The notes beneath the pieces were generated by a model, which saw only the letters and a program-made list of their open reading frames with translations, did no database searches and had not been told where the DNA came from. A DNA stretch of 64,000 nt from Gemmatimonadota bacterium (lineage in GTDB: Bacteria; Gemmatimonadota; Gemmatimonadetes; Longimicrobiales; Gaopeijiaceae): positions 54,927-118,926 of the forward strand of contig JBDHHQ010000012.1 in the NCBI GenBank assembly GCA_039589315.1. Reading direction: 5' to 3'. The first letter of the stretch is position 1. The number at the start of each line of letters is the position of its first letter. Shown piece after piece: positions 18,766 through 29,282 of the stretch. A program made the position numbers and the translations under genes.

Positions 18766-19779
18766 ATGAAGGCAGTGATCCCCCTCGCCGGCAAGGGCAC
18801 TCGGTTGCGGCCCCACACGCACCACATCCCGAAGCCGCTACTGCGGGTCGCCGGCAAGCCCGTCATGAGCTACATCCTGGACGATCTCCTGGAGATGGGC
18901 ACTCGTGAAGTCGTGTTCATCGTGGGGTATCTGCAGGACACGATCCGCGACTACATCCGCACCGAGTATCCCTCCATCACTCCCCACTACGTGGTGCAGG
19001 AAGTCCAGGACGGGACGGCGGGCGCGGTGAAGCTGGCCGAGCCCTTCGCGGACGAGGAGCTGCTGATTCTCTTCGTCGACACGCTCTTCGATGCCGACCT
19101 GTCGCTGGCGCAACGTCTTCCCGAAGACCGGGCCGGGGTGATCTGGGCCAAGGAAGTAGAGGACTATCAGCGGTTCGGCGTCATCGTGACCGATGCCGAT
19201 GGCATGATGACGCGCATCGTGGAGAAGCCCACCGAGCCGATCTCCAAGCTCGCGAACATCGGCCTCTACTTCATCCGCGACTTCGCCCTGCTCTTCGAGG
19301 GCATCAACCACACCCTGACCGGGCCGCTGGGGCCGTCCGGTGAGTTCTACCTGACGGACGCCTTCCAGTACATGGTGGACCACGGTGCACGCATCGAGAC
19401 GGCGCCGGTACAAGGGTGGTACGACTGCGGCAAGCTGGACGCTCTGTTGGACACCAACCGACATCTGCTCGAGACATCGCGGGGGGGCGTGCACGACAGT
19501 GCCACGCTGCAGGGTGGCACCGTCGAGGGGCCCGTACGCATCGAGACCGGCGTCACCGTGAACCACAGCACCATCGGCCCGAACGTGACGCTGGAGGCCG
19601 GCGCGTGGGTCACCGGGTCGACGCTCCGGAACTGCATCGTCGGGGCGGGTGCCGTGGTGGAGGATTGCGACCTGCAGGACTCGCTGGTGGGCGCACGGGC
19701 CGAGGTTCGGGGCTTCCGCGGACAGGTGAGCCTCACCGACCACTCGCAAGTGCAGGCAGCCGCGGTGGTCGACGGCTAG
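18766..19779 (+). CDS. Sugar-phosphate nucleotidyltransferase with C-terminal hexapeptide repeats
   Basis: MKAVIPLAGKGTRLRPHT..PKPLL, VEKP, WYDCG. Confidence 0.92.
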   Translation: MKAVIPLAGKGTRLRPHTHHIPKPLLRVAGKPVMSYILDDLLEMGTREVVFIVGYLQDTIRDYIRTEYPSITPHYVVQEVQDGTAGAVKLAEPFADEELLILFVDTLFDADLSLAQRLPEDRAGVIWAKEVEDYQRFGVIVTDADGMMTRIVEKPTEPISKLANIGLYFIRDFALLFEGINHTLTGPLGPSGEFYLTDAFQYMVDHGARIETAPVQGWYDCGKLDALLDTNRHLLETSRGGVHDSATLQGGTVEGPVRIETGVTVNHSTIGPNVTLEAGAWVTGSTLRNCIVGAGAVVEDCDLQDSLVGARAEVRGFRGQVSLTDHSQVQAAAVVDG

Positions 19780-19940
19780 TGTGGCTGCAGAAGTCTGGTA
19801 GCTACCGAGAGGGCCGATGCGCCCGAACCGGCAAGGCGCGGAGACGAGTAATAGCAGAGCTATTGGGAGGAACCGCAACGCCGCCGGGCGGGATGCAGTG
19901 GCTCTCGAATAGCATCACGACTCTTGCAGCACCACACTAA
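19776..19940 (+). mobile_element. MITE-like non-autonomous element, copy 1
   Basis: Imperfect ~18-bp TIRs (TGTGGCTGCAGAAGTC / GACTCTTGCAGCACCACA) flanked by CTAG and CTAA; near-identical to the reverse complement of 42185-42351. Confidence 0.8.
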
Positions 19941-20015
19941 GGGCCCGGAGCGGCTGTTCGCCGATCCCAGGGCACCGAGGGGACGGCGCTCGACTGCTGT
20001 CCATAGCCGGAGCGC

Positions 20016-21233
20016 TCAGCCCCCCTGTACCCCCACCACCAACAGGGCCGTCAGTAGGGCGCGGACCACGCCGTCCGGGCCGCCGTCGTTCCGGTACCAC
20101 TCGTCCAGCGTGTGGGCTCCTCCGGCTTCCCCTCCGGCCCCCAGGGTGACCGCGGGCACTCCGACCGACATGGGTACGTTGGCATCGGTGGACGACGCGA
20201 TGAGCTCGGGGTCGACCCCGAGTGTCCGCGTGGCTGCCACCGCGGCCTGGACGAGCTCGGTGTCGGGGGCGGTCCGACCCGGCGGCCGGTCCCCGATCGT
20301 CGTGATCTCCAGAGCCAGAAGGGCACGCCCGGCCGGAGCGGCGCCATTGGTGCGATCGACGGCACCCTGGAGGGCACGGCGAGCCTGGGTCTCCACGTCT
20401 TCCAGCAGCTCCGGCGACTCGCTCCTCATGTCCATCTCGACCCAAGCTTCGGCCGGGATCGCATTGATGCTCGTTCCCCCGCCCCAGCGGGCCACCGTGG
20501 CCGTTACGGGCGGATCGGCAGCCAGGGGCAGCCTGGCGATGGCACCGACCGCTCCGCCCAGCGCGTGTATCGGGTTGGGCGTGCCCCAGTCTGTCCAGGA
20601 ATGCCCCCCGGCGCCCCGCACCGTGGCCCGGAGGCGCCGTGAACCCAGTCCCCGTGTGACGATGCGGGAGAGCCCGGCGCCGTCCAGCGAGATGAAGCCC
20701 CGCGCGGGGGCGCCCGGCCCAGCTTCGCGGAAGAGGTGCCGCACGCCTCGCAGGTTGCCGGCGCCCTCCTCGCACACCGTGGCCGCGAACAGGAGGGGCG
20801 AGGCCGGCTGGATCCCGGCCCGGTGAAGCGAGCGAGCCATGGCCACCAACGCCGCGAGCCCCCGGGCGTCGTCCGAGATGCCCGGACCCTCCAGACGGCC
20901 GTCCCGCCGCGATACGCTCACGTCGATCTCGGCCGGGAACACCGTGTCCAGATGGGCGGAGAGGACGAGAGGCCGCCCGTCGGCAGGGCCCATTCGCGCC
21001 GTGACGTTGCCCACGGTGTCCGTCTCGAGGGCTTCGCAGCCGGCGGCGGACAGCAGCGCGGCAATGCGCTCGCCCCGGGCGCCCTCCTGAAAGGACGGGG
21101 CGGGGATCTCGGCCAACGCGACCTGATCCGCCAGCGTCTCCGAATCACTCTCCGCCACGATCGCACAGGCTCGACCTACCACCGGATCGGCGTGCAGGGC
21201 ATGGGCGCGGCGGAGCCAGATGTCCGTCGTCAT
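20016..21233 (-). CDS. M20/M25/M40 family metallopeptidase
   Basis: SAHLDTVFP, GPGISDDARG, CEEGAGNL, GGHSW, GGGTSINAIP, STDAN, AHTLDEW. Confidence 0.92.
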   Translation of the reverse strand: MTTDIWLRRAHALHADPVVGRACAIVAESDSETLADQVALAEIPAPSFQEGARGERIAALLSAAGCEALETDTVGNVTARMGPADGRPLVLSAHLDTVFPAEIDVSVSRRDGRLEGPGISDDARGLAALVAMARSLHRAGIQPASPLLFAATVCEEGAGNLRGVRHLFREAGPGAPARGFISLDGAGLSRIVTRGLGSRRLRATVRGAGGHSWTDWGTPNPIHALGGAVGAIARLPLAADPPVTATVARWGGGTSINAIPAEAWVEMDMRSESPELLEDVETQARRALQGAVDRTNGAAPAGRALLALEITTIGDRPPGRTAPDTELVQAAVAATRTLGVDPELIASSTDANVPMSVGVPAVTLGAGGEAGGAHTLDEWYRNDGGPDGVVRALLTALLVVGVQGG

Positions 21234-21495
21234 GCCGCCGAAGCTCGTACTGGAGTCAAAGAGAAGTCAAATCCGCTCATCTGGTCGGTCTTCGCACCGC
21301 CCTCCTGATCGGGATGCTCATCGCGACACCCGCCGGCAAAGCCGCGAACGCGGGGCGCCGGCTCCCGGGTCCGCCACGTGCGCCGAGCGGACCCGGTGCC
21401 ACCGACGGTGGGTATGGGGTGCGTGCGAGAGGTGCCCGGGTCCGGCTGTGTCGCCACCCGGCGCACCCGGAACGTCGATCACACGGCGGTTGCCC

Positions 21496-22728
21496 ATGGA
21501 CGAGAGCGAGCTGGTATACGACTGGAACGAGGCCCCTGGCTCCTTCGATTGGAGCGGGGTGTCCCGGGTCGAGCTGGACGACGAGACCCTGAGAGACGGG
21601 CTGCAGAATCCGTCGGTGGTCGATCCGTCCATCGACGACAAGATCCGGTTGCTTCACCTCATGGATCAGCTCGGCATCCACACGGCGGACATCGGGTTGC
21701 CCGGGGCCGGCCCCCGTGCGGTTGCGGACGTGTCCCGGCTGGCTCGCGAGATCGTCGAGGCCGGATTGGCCATTTCGGCGAACTGCGCCGCACGTACCGT
21801 CACGCAGGACATCCGTCCGATAGTCGAGATCTCTCAGAGCGTCGGTCTGCCGATCGAGGCATGCACGTTCATCGGCAGCTCGCCGATCCGGCAGTACGCC
21901 GAGGATTGGACTCTGGATCGGATCCTCCGGTCCACGGAGGAGGCGGTCAGCTTCGGGGTGGCGGAGGGTCTGCCGGTCATGATGGTCACGGAGGACACCA
22001 CCCGAGCACGGCCGGAGACGCTGAAGGCGATCTACGCAGCGGCGATCGCGAGTGGGGCGAGCCGGATCTGCCTGGCCGATACCGTAGGGCACGCCACGCC
22101 TGAAGGCGCCCGGGCGTTGGTTCGTTTCGTGATCGAGGAGATCGTCGAACCATCGGGAGAGAACGTGGGCGTCGACTGGCACGGGCACCGGGACCGCGGC
22201 CTCGGGCTGGCGAACGCACTGGCGGCCATCGAGGCCGGGGCCACCCGCGTCCACGGCACGGCCCTGGGGATCGGCGAGCGTGTGGGTAACACGGAGATGG
22301 ACCTGCTCCTGGTGAATCTGAAGCTCCTGGGCGCCCACGACGGAGACCTGACGGCACTTCCCGAGTATTGCCGGCTCACGGCCGCGGCGTGTCAGGTGCC
22401 ACTGATCCACTGCTACCCGGTGGTGGGGCAGGACGCCTTTCGCACGGCCACCGGTGTGCACGCCGCAGCCATCATCAAGGCCGAGGCAAAGGGGGACGCC
22501 TGGCTGGCGGACCGCGTCTATTCGGGGGTGCCAGCTTCGTTGGTCGGACGGGCGCAGGAAATCGAGATCAGCCCCATGTCGGGGTTGTCCAACGTGAAGT
22601 ACTGGCTTCGGGTCCACGGGCACGACGCCCAGGACGAGGAGCTCTGCCGCCGGGTGTTCGAGGCGGCCAAGTCCTCCGATCACACGTTGTCGGAAGAGGA
22701 AATCGAGGCGTTGGTACGACAGCACTGA
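21496..22728 (+). CDS. leuA: 2-isopropylmalate synthase-like (DRE-TIM), short form
   Basis: DETLRDGLQ, LADTVG, WHGHRDRG, GIGERVGN; no C-terminal regulatory domain. Confidence 0.75.
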   Translation: MDESELVYDWNEAPGSFDWSGVSRVELDDETLRDGLQNPSVVDPSIDDKIRLLHLMDQLGIHTADIGLPGAGPRAVADVSRLAREIVEAGLAISANCAARTVTQDIRPIVEISQSVGLPIEACTFIGSSPIRQYAEDWTLDRILRSTEEAVSFGVAEGLPVMMVTEDTTRARPETLKAIYAAAIASGASRICLADTVGHATPEGARALVRFVIEEIVEPSGENVGVDWHGHRDRGLGLANALAAIEAGATRVHGTALGIGERVGNTEMDLLLVNLKLLGAHDGDLTALPEYCRLTAAACQVPLIHCYPVVGQDAFRTATGVHAAAIIKAEAKGDAWLADRVYSGVPASLVGRAQEIEISPMSGLSNVKYWLRVHGHDAQDEELCRRVFEAAKSSDHTLSEEEIEALVRQH

Positions 22729-22816
22729 GACTGCGGACGAGCTCGGTCCCGGTCGCGCTGGCGCCGTCATCCAAACCAGGACCGAGCCCGTGAACGGCGC
22801 ACTCGCCAGGGGCATC

Positions 22817-23554
22817 ATGGAAGCCGCTCCAACAACTCAGCCATCGCCCCGGATCCTCGTCGTGGAAGACGAGCCCGACATCGCGGCCTTGATCGCGTAT
22901 CACCTCACACGCGAGGGCTTTCGGGTCGAGACTGCCCCCACGGGCACCGACGCGATTGCAGCCGTGGGTCGCGTCGTGCCCGACCTCCTGATCCTCGACC
23001 TGATGCTCCCCGGCATGTCGGGCGACGAGGTGTTGAAAGAGCTCCGCAACGAACCGCCGACCGAGTCCCTGCCAGTCTTGATCCTCACCGCCAAGAAGCA
23101 GCAGGAGGACCGGATTCGCGGTCTCGAGATGGGGGCCGACGACTATCTCACCAAGCCCTTCAGCCCTCGGGAGCTGGTGCTGCGCGTGCAGGCCATTCTC
23201 CGCCGCATGCGCGAGGCGCCTACCTCGACCGGAGGACGCGTCCTGAGGCTCGGTGGCCTGACCCTGGATGCGGCGTCCCATCGGGTCAGCCTCGACGGCG
23301 AGGAGCTGAGCCTGACGCCCACCGAGTATCGGCTGCTGCAGGCGCTGCTGGAGCGGCCGGGCCGCACACAGAGCCGTCGCCAACTGCTGGAGCGGGTATG
23401 GGATGTGGAGTCCAGGCTCTCGGATCGCATCCAGACGCGGACGGTCGACATGCACGTCCGGCGTCTCCGCTCTAAACTTGCCCACGTCGGAGATTGGGTA
23501 GAGACGGTGCGGGGCTTTGGGTACCGGCTCCGCGGACCCGAGGGTCAGGATTGA
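22817..23554 (+). CDS. phoB: OmpR/PhoB-family response regulator
   Basis: ILVVEDE, LDLMLPG, GADDYLTKPFSPREL, RTVDMHVRRLRSKL, TVRGFGY; adjacent to a PhoR-like kinase. Confidence 0.8.
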   Translation: MEAAPTTQPSPRILVVEDEPDIAALIAYHLTREGFRVETAPTGTDAIAAVGRVVPDLLILDLMLPGMSGDEVLKELRNEPPTESLPVLILTAKKQQEDRIRGLEMGADDYLTKPFSPRELVLRVQAILRRMREAPTSTGGRVLRLGGLTLDAASHRVSLDGEELSLTPTEYRLLQALLERPGRTQSRRQLLERVWDVESRLSDRIQTRTVDMHVRRLRSKLAHVGDWVETVRGFGYRLRGPEGQD

Positions 23555-23680
23555 CGGGCAGGGTCAGCCTTGACGGATCGGCCTCCAGGCCCGTGTCGTA
23601 TCGAGCTGGGGTGAGAGCCCGCTCGGGAATCTGACGGTCTCACGCCGACGCTGACGGCCACCCAACAGGACGGCGCCACG

Positions 23681-25268
23681 GTGCGGCTTCGCATCCATCA
23701 TCCACTCTTCGCCGGCTTCCTCGGCGTGATCGGACTGCTCGTCGTTCTGATCGTAGGTCTGGTCGGGACGGGGCTCCGCCGAGAGCTCGTGTCGGTCTAT
23801 CGGGGGGAGCTCGCCCGCCAGCTCAGTCTGGCGGAGGCGGTGTTGGACCAGACGCTCGTGCAGGATCCCGACTCCGTTGCCGGGGTCCTGAACGCAGGCC
23901 TCGGCTATCGGGTCACCCTCATTACCCTGGACGGTCTGGTGCTGGGGGATTCCGACGTCGCGAGGGAGGATCTGGGGTCCCTGGAGAACCACGGGACCCG
24001 GCCCGAGGTACTGGGCGCGATGTCCGGCCAGGTCACGTTCGCCGAGCGGCGCAGCGTCACCGTGGGCCTCCGGCTCCTCTATGGCGCACGGCCCATACAG
24101 CTGAACGGCACGCCGGTCGTCCTCCGCATCGCCGCCTCTCTCGACGACATCGACGCCACGGTGCGAAGGGGTCAGCGGGCCGTCGCCGTGGCAGGACTCC
24201 TGTCGATCCTGCTTGCTCTCGTGGTGTCATACGGGGTCAGCCGCGGATTGGCTGCACCGCTGGTGGCCCCTTCTCGGCGAGCTCGCACGCTCCGCCGTGG
24301 ACCTGCTGGAGCTTCCGGAAGACCCGGCCGCCGCGCCCGTCGACAGCCTGGTGGAGGATCCGGAGCTGTGCCGACTGCTCGCGGCTTCGGTAGACCAGCC
24401 CATGGGCACCCACGAGATCACCATTGGCGGCCGTCATCTGATCGTCTCTGCCGGTCCGTTGGATCAAGGAGGGGCAGTGGCCACCCTGCTGGACGTGACC
24501 GAGATCCGTCGGTTGGAGCAGGTGCGACGGGACTTCGTGGCCAACGCGTCGCACGAGCTCAAGACGCCTCTCACCTCCATGCGGGGATGGGCGGAAACAC
24601 TGGAGGAAGACGACGTGCCTCCGGAGTTGAGACAGCGTTTTCTCGGATCCATCAGGAAGAATGCCCTCAGAATGCAGCGCCTGATCGACGACCTGCTGGA
24701 TCTGTCCCGTCTGGAGTCGGGTGCCTGGACGACGCAGCGTGAGTACGTGGATGTGCCGGAGCTCGTGGAGGAGGTCTGGTCCGAGTTCGCGGACCGGGCC
24801 CAGAAGAAAGGCGTGTGCTTCTCCTGTGAGGGCTCGGGAGCAGCCATGGCTGACAGTCAGGGGGTCGCCCTGGTGCTGAGAAACCTCTTCGACAACTCCC
24901 TCCGTCACGTCGGCGAGGGAGGGAGCATTGGGGTGGAAGTGTTCCCCAGGCGTTCAGAAACCGTGGTTTCCGTGTCGGACACCGGCAGCGGGATCCCGGC
25001 ATCCGTCCTCGGCCGCATCTTCGAGCGCTTCTACCGAGTCGACCCGGCGCGCTCGAGAGAGGAAGGCGGCACGGGCCTGGGCCTGGCGATCGTGCGACAT
25101 CTCGTTTCCGCGATGGGTGGAAGGGTGTGGGCGGAGAGCGAGGTCGGTGTGGGTACCACGATGCGCTTCACGCTTCCTGACTCGGTGACGAGCGATCTTC
25201 GTGATGTGGAGGCGCCGAGTGGGGCCGAGCCCTCCTCGGCGGCTGCCCCCCGGGTGGGTCCTAGGTAA
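23681..25268 (+). pseudogene. phoR: PhoR-like sensor histidine kinase, frameshifted near 24267-24270
   Basis: N-terminal TM/periplasmic part (LENHGTRPEV) lies in one frame; the kinase (RRDFVANASHELKTPLT, FERFYRVD, GGTGLGL) lies in the +1 frame. Confidence 0.75.
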
Positions 25269-25603
25269 CGGACAGGCGGAAGTCTCGGGACCGCTGCGCA
25301 GCCAGCCCGGGGGTTCTTCCTTCCCCGAGTTGTGGATCTGAGGTGAATCACGGATCTTCACGGTATCGTCCGGACCAGGTCCGGCGTGCTTCCTCGCGGT
25401 CGAGCGAGCCCTTCCGGGTGGCGGGCCCGGTGAAGGCCCCCGTCCTTGTCGCGTGCGGTGACCAAAGGGTGAGGGGAGGCAAGGGCGGGGGTCCGGCTCG
25501 AGAAGGCCGTGACCCGCGCTTGGGCGTGAAGCCGGAAGTCGTTGCCAATCCATCGATTGACGGCGTAGCTTTTTGAGGACAGCCCATCGCTTCGTCCTCC
25601 GAC

Positions 25604-26536
25604 ATGACAGCCTCTTCGAAACCTGATCCCTCGAGAGCTCGCTTCCCGGGCGATCCTGCCCCCACGTCCCGGACCGTAGGCCGGGCCGGGGAAGGCGGCG
25701 TGGGCGACGCAGTGGAGAAGCTCCTGGACGAGGTGATTCGTCCGGAGGCGCGCCTCGATCCGCTCCTGGGCTCCGACAGCTTGTGGGGCAAGGTCGCGAT
25801 CGTGACGGGAGCCTCCTCGGGGATCGGTCGCGCCGTGGCGCTGGAGTTGGCCGCCAGCGGTGTGGATATCGCCTTCTGCTACCTGGACCGGCCCGGCTAT
25901 CCCGACCGGGCGGATGCCGAGGCGGTGGCTGACCAACTCCGCCAAATGGAGGTGCGCTGCTACTGTCGGCCGTGCGACGTCCGGGATCCCGTCGAGATCG
26001 AAGACTTCGTGGGTGAGGCCTACGAGGAGCTGGGCGGGATCCACATTCTGGTGAACAACGCCGGGATCCATGAGGACGCGGCGCTGTGGCGCATGAGCGA
26101 CGACCAGTGGACGACCGTGCTGGACACGAACCTGAACGGTGCCTTCTACTTCCTCCGCTGTGTTGCTCCCTTCCTACGGGAACAGGAGTACGGGAAGGTC
26201 GTCAACATCGCTTCTGTGCACGGTCTCCGGAGCGAATTCGGCCTGGCCAACTACTGCACGTCCAAGGCCGGCCTGATCGGGCTGACCCGCAGCGCAGCCG
26301 TGGAATTGGGACCGAAGAACGTCAACGTGAACGCCGTCGCGCCCGGCTACATCCGCACCACTCGCCTGACCGAAGGCGTCACGCCCGAGGTGCTGGACCG
26401 GGCCCGGGAGCAGAGCGTGCTCGGACGCCTGGGGGACCCTCGTGACGTGGCTCACGTCGTCCTGTTCCTGTGCTCCGAGGCCGCGCGCCACATCACGGGA
26501 GCGGTGATCCCCGTGGACGGCGGCCACCTGCTCTAG
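25604..26536 (+). CDS. SDR family oxidoreductase (FabG-like; start uncertain)
   Basis: TGASSGIG, NNAG, YCTSK, VAPGYI. Confidence 0.9.
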   Translation: MTASSKPDPSRARFPGDPAPTSRTVGRAGEGGVGDAVEKLLDEVIRPEARLDPLLGSDSLWGKVAIVTGASSGIGRAVALELAASGVDIAFCYLDRPGYPDRADAEAVADQLRQMEVRCYCRPCDVRDPVEIEDFVGEAYEELGGIHILVNNAGIHEDAALWRMSDDQWTTVLDTNLNGAFYFLRCVAPFLREQEYGKVVNIASVHGLRSEFGLANYCTSKAGLIGLTRSAAVELGPKNVNVNAVAPGYIRTTRLTEGVTPEVLDRAREQSVLGRLGDPRDVAHVVLFLCSEAARHITGAVIPVDGGHLL

Positions 26537-27477
26537 ACGCCCGCCTCCTGGCCCACCGGCGTCAGCCATCCGTGGGTGTCCGGGACACGACCGCGGACCG
26601 CGTCCATGAATTTGCGTTGCAGCATCTTGGTTACGGGTCCGGCGACGCCTTCACCGATGGTGATCCGGTCGACGCTGCGGATGGGCGTGACCTCAGACGC
26701 CGTACCGGTGAAGAACAGCTCGTCCGCCGTGTATACGTCCTCCCTGGGCACGTCCCCCTCGATCACGTCGAGCCCGGACTCGCGAGCCAACACGATCAAG
26801 GTGTCCCGAGTGACGCCCCTGAGCGAGGTACCGTCGAGCTTCGGCGTCACCACCCGATCGCCGCGCACGAGGAACAGGTTCTGCCCGCTGCCCTCGCTGA
26901 CCAGGCCTCCCGGACCGAGCACGATGGCCTCGATGTACCCATTGGCCACCGCGTCCATCTTGATGAGCTGCGCGTTGCAGTAGTGTCCGGCCGCCTTGGC
27001 CTGCACGGGGAAGGTGTTGGGGTAGGGGCGTTGCCACGACGACACGCACACGTCCACGCCCATCTCCAGGGCACCCTCGCCCAGGTAGGCGCCCCACGGC
27101 CACGTCGCGATGTAGGTCTCCAGCGGGCTGCCCACCGGGTTCATTCCCGCTGCCCCGTACCCCCAGAGGACCATGGGGCGAATGTAGCAGTCTTCCAGGC
27201 CGTTCTCGCGGATCGTCAGCTTGCACGCCTCGGTGAGCTCGTCGACGCCGTAGTCGAGGGGCATCCGGTAGATGGTGCACGAGTGGACGAGCCGCCGAAG
27301 GTGGTCGTCGAGCCGAAAGATGGCCGGCCCCGAGGTCGTCTGATAGCAACGGATTCCCTCGAACATGGAGGAGCCGAACTGCACGGCCAAGCTGAGGAGA
27401 TGGACCTGTGCCTCGGCCCAGGGAATCAGCGAGCCGTCCTTCCAGATCCAGCCGGCTTCGGTCAGGTGGGTCGACAT
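26533..27477 (-). CDS. ilvE: Branched-chain amino acid aminotransferase
   Basis: FEGIRCY, YIRP, AKAAGHY, SEGSGQNLF, GVTRDT, FFTGTASEVTP. Confidence 0.93.
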   Translation of the reverse strand: MSTHLTEAGWIWKDGSLIPWAEAQVHLLSLAVQFGSSMFEGIRCYQTTSGPAIFRLDDHLRRLVHSCTIYRMPLDYGVDELTEACKLTIRENGLEDCYIRPMVLWGYGAAGMNPVGSPLETYIATWPWGAYLGEGALEMGVDVCVSSWQRPYPNTFPVQAKAAGHYCNAQLIKMDAVANGYIEAIVLGPGGLVSEGSGQNLFLVRGDRVVTPKLDGTSLRGVTRDTLIVLARESGLDVIEGDVPREDVYTADELFFTGTASEVTPIRSVDRITIGEGVAGPVTKMLQRKFMDAVRGRVPDTHGWLTPVGQEAGV

Positions 27478-27594
27478 GTCGCGGTTCCTCTCCTCGGTGG
27501 TCGTATCGTCATGGCGCCTTTGGCGGCTTCGTTGCTCCGATTGCCGGCCTCGGGGCGGCCGTCTCCCCCCCTCGGGCCGGGATCGTCCGTTCCC

Positions 27595-28386
27595 TCATAG
27601 CAGCGACTTCACTGCGCCGCCGTCCACCTGGATCGACACGCCGGTGACGTAGCTGGCCCGCTCGGAGCACAGGAAAGCCACCACGGCTGCGAACTCCCGA
27701 GGCTCCCCGATCCGCGCCATGGGCGTGGACGCCTCCCAGGTGGCGAAGGCGTCTTCCACCCTGATGCCCTTCGTCTCCGAGATGTGCGCTGCCAACTCGC
27801 CCAGCCGTTCGGTGCGGGTGTAGCCCGGCATCACGTTGTTCACCGTGACGCCGAAGGACGCCACCTCGTTGGCCAGCGTCTTCGCGAATCCCGTCACCGC
27901 CGCTCGGACGCTGTTGGACAGGATCAGCCCGTCCACCGGCTGCTTCACCGCAATGGAGGTGACGTTCACGATCCGGCCCCAGCGCCGCTCCTTCATGCCG
28001 GGGAGCACGGCCCGGGTGAGGTTGAGCACGCTGTCCAGGTTCTGGTTGACCGCGCGGGTCCAGTCTCCGGGGCCGTGGGCTTCGAAGGGGCCCGCCGGGG
28101 GGCCTCCGGTGTTGGTCACCAGGACGTCGACCTGGCCGAAGCGATCCACCGCGGCGCGCACCACCGCGGCCACACTCGCGGGATCGGTCAGGTCGGCCGG
28201 GACGGCGACGACCTCCGCGCCGGTGCGCTCTCGAATGGTGTCCGCGGCGGCTTCGATGGCGTCCACCGATCGGGAGCACATGACGAGTCTGCAGCCCTCA
28301 CCGGCCAGCTCCTCGGCCACGGCGCGGCCGAGCCCCCGGCTGGAGGCCGCCACCAATGCCGTCTTCCCCGTCAGTCCGAAGTCCAT
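27595..28386 (-). CDS. SDR family oxidoreductase
   Basis: AASSRGLG, TNTGGPP, SNSVRAAV, PGYTRTER. Confidence 0.9.
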   Translation of the reverse strand: MDFGLTGKTALVAASSRGLGRAVAEELAGEGCRLVMCSRSVDAIEAAADTIRERTGAEVVAVPADLTDPASVAAVVRAAVDRFGQVDVLVTNTGGPPAGPFEAHGPGDWTRAVNQNLDSVLNLTRAVLPGMKERRWGRIVNVTSIAVKQPVDGLILSNSVRAAVTGFAKTLANEVASFGVTVNNVMPGYTRTERLGELAAHISETKGIRVEDAFATWEASTPMARIGEPREFAAVVAFLCSERASYVTGVSIQVDGGAVKSLL

Positions 28387-28482
28387 GGCTATCCGCTCGT
28401 CATGCCGCGATCCGGCGCGCCTCCATCGGGTCGCGCGGCCCAGCCGGTCGAGCCCTGAGAGGGGCTCGGCTCGTCTGGGCTG

Positions 28483-28848
28483 CTACTTCCGCAAGTAGTC
28501 GTCGGTGCCTGTCAGCCAATCCTCCCGCGGTGGGCTGAAGACGTCGACGTCCAGGGTGTCCTCGAGGGCGAGCGCCTTGTGGGGCACGTTCGAGGGCAGG
28601 TGGAGGACCTCTCCTGGCCCCACGTCGATGGGTACCGCGTCCTCGCTGCCGATCCAGAAGCGCAGCGTACCCTCGAGCACGTACGTGAGCTGCTCGTTCT
28701 CGTGATGGTGCATGGGCACGATGCACCCCTTCTCCAGGTACACGTGAGCCAGCATCATCCGGTCGCCGGTGATCAACCGTCGCTCCAGCAGGTCGGTGAC
28801 CCGCTCCTTCGGCATGTCGTCCCAGCGGAAATGTCGTACATCGCTCAT
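28483..28848 (-). CDS. Cupin domain protein
   Basis: HHHENEQLTYVLEG, LPSNVPH, DVFSPPREDW. Confidence 0.9.
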   Translation of the reverse strand: MSDVRHFRWDDMPKERVTDLLERRLITGDRMMLAHVYLEKGCIVPMHHHENEQLTYVLEGTLRFWIGSEDAVPIDVGPGEVLHLPSNVPHKALALEDTLDVDVFSPPREDWLTGTDDYLRK

Positions 28849-29282
28849 GTCATCAATCCTGTCGTCGGGTGTGGGGTGGGCAATGTAGTGGAGTCCGGCG
28901 GAATCGCGGAAGCGCCCTCGTCTGGGTCGGCCCAACGGGACGAGCGCCAGCCCTGGCCAAGCAGTTGGATGGGGCGGCGGCTGGAACCGGATTCGTCGCC
29001 GGCCCGCCTGGCCCGGGCCACCTCGAAGTGGCGCGCCTTCCGACTTCGGTCGGAAGGCCCGTGGCGGTGCCCTCGACTCGTGCTGGCCCACCCTCACCGC
29101 AGGACGAAGATCTGAGACGTCAGGCGAGGACGGTCGGCCCGGGTAGCTTGCAGCCCGGGTCTGTTCTTCGTAGAACGGGTAGCCAACGCGGAGGGGCGAC
29201 GGGGTGTTCGAGGCCCAGACCCAGAAGCGCGACAGGGCCAGGCGAACGTGCATGAGACCCTCCACGGGCTGAGGCTGAGACG

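Noticed and set aside
24260..24280. Programmed ribosomal frameshift in phoR
   Set aside because: No recognised slippery site or stimulator, and domain sequence also appears to be missing
25348..25363. Pho-box-like TCACGG direct repeat downstream of phoR
   Set aside because: 10-bp period, only two half-sites, and no phosphate genes downstream
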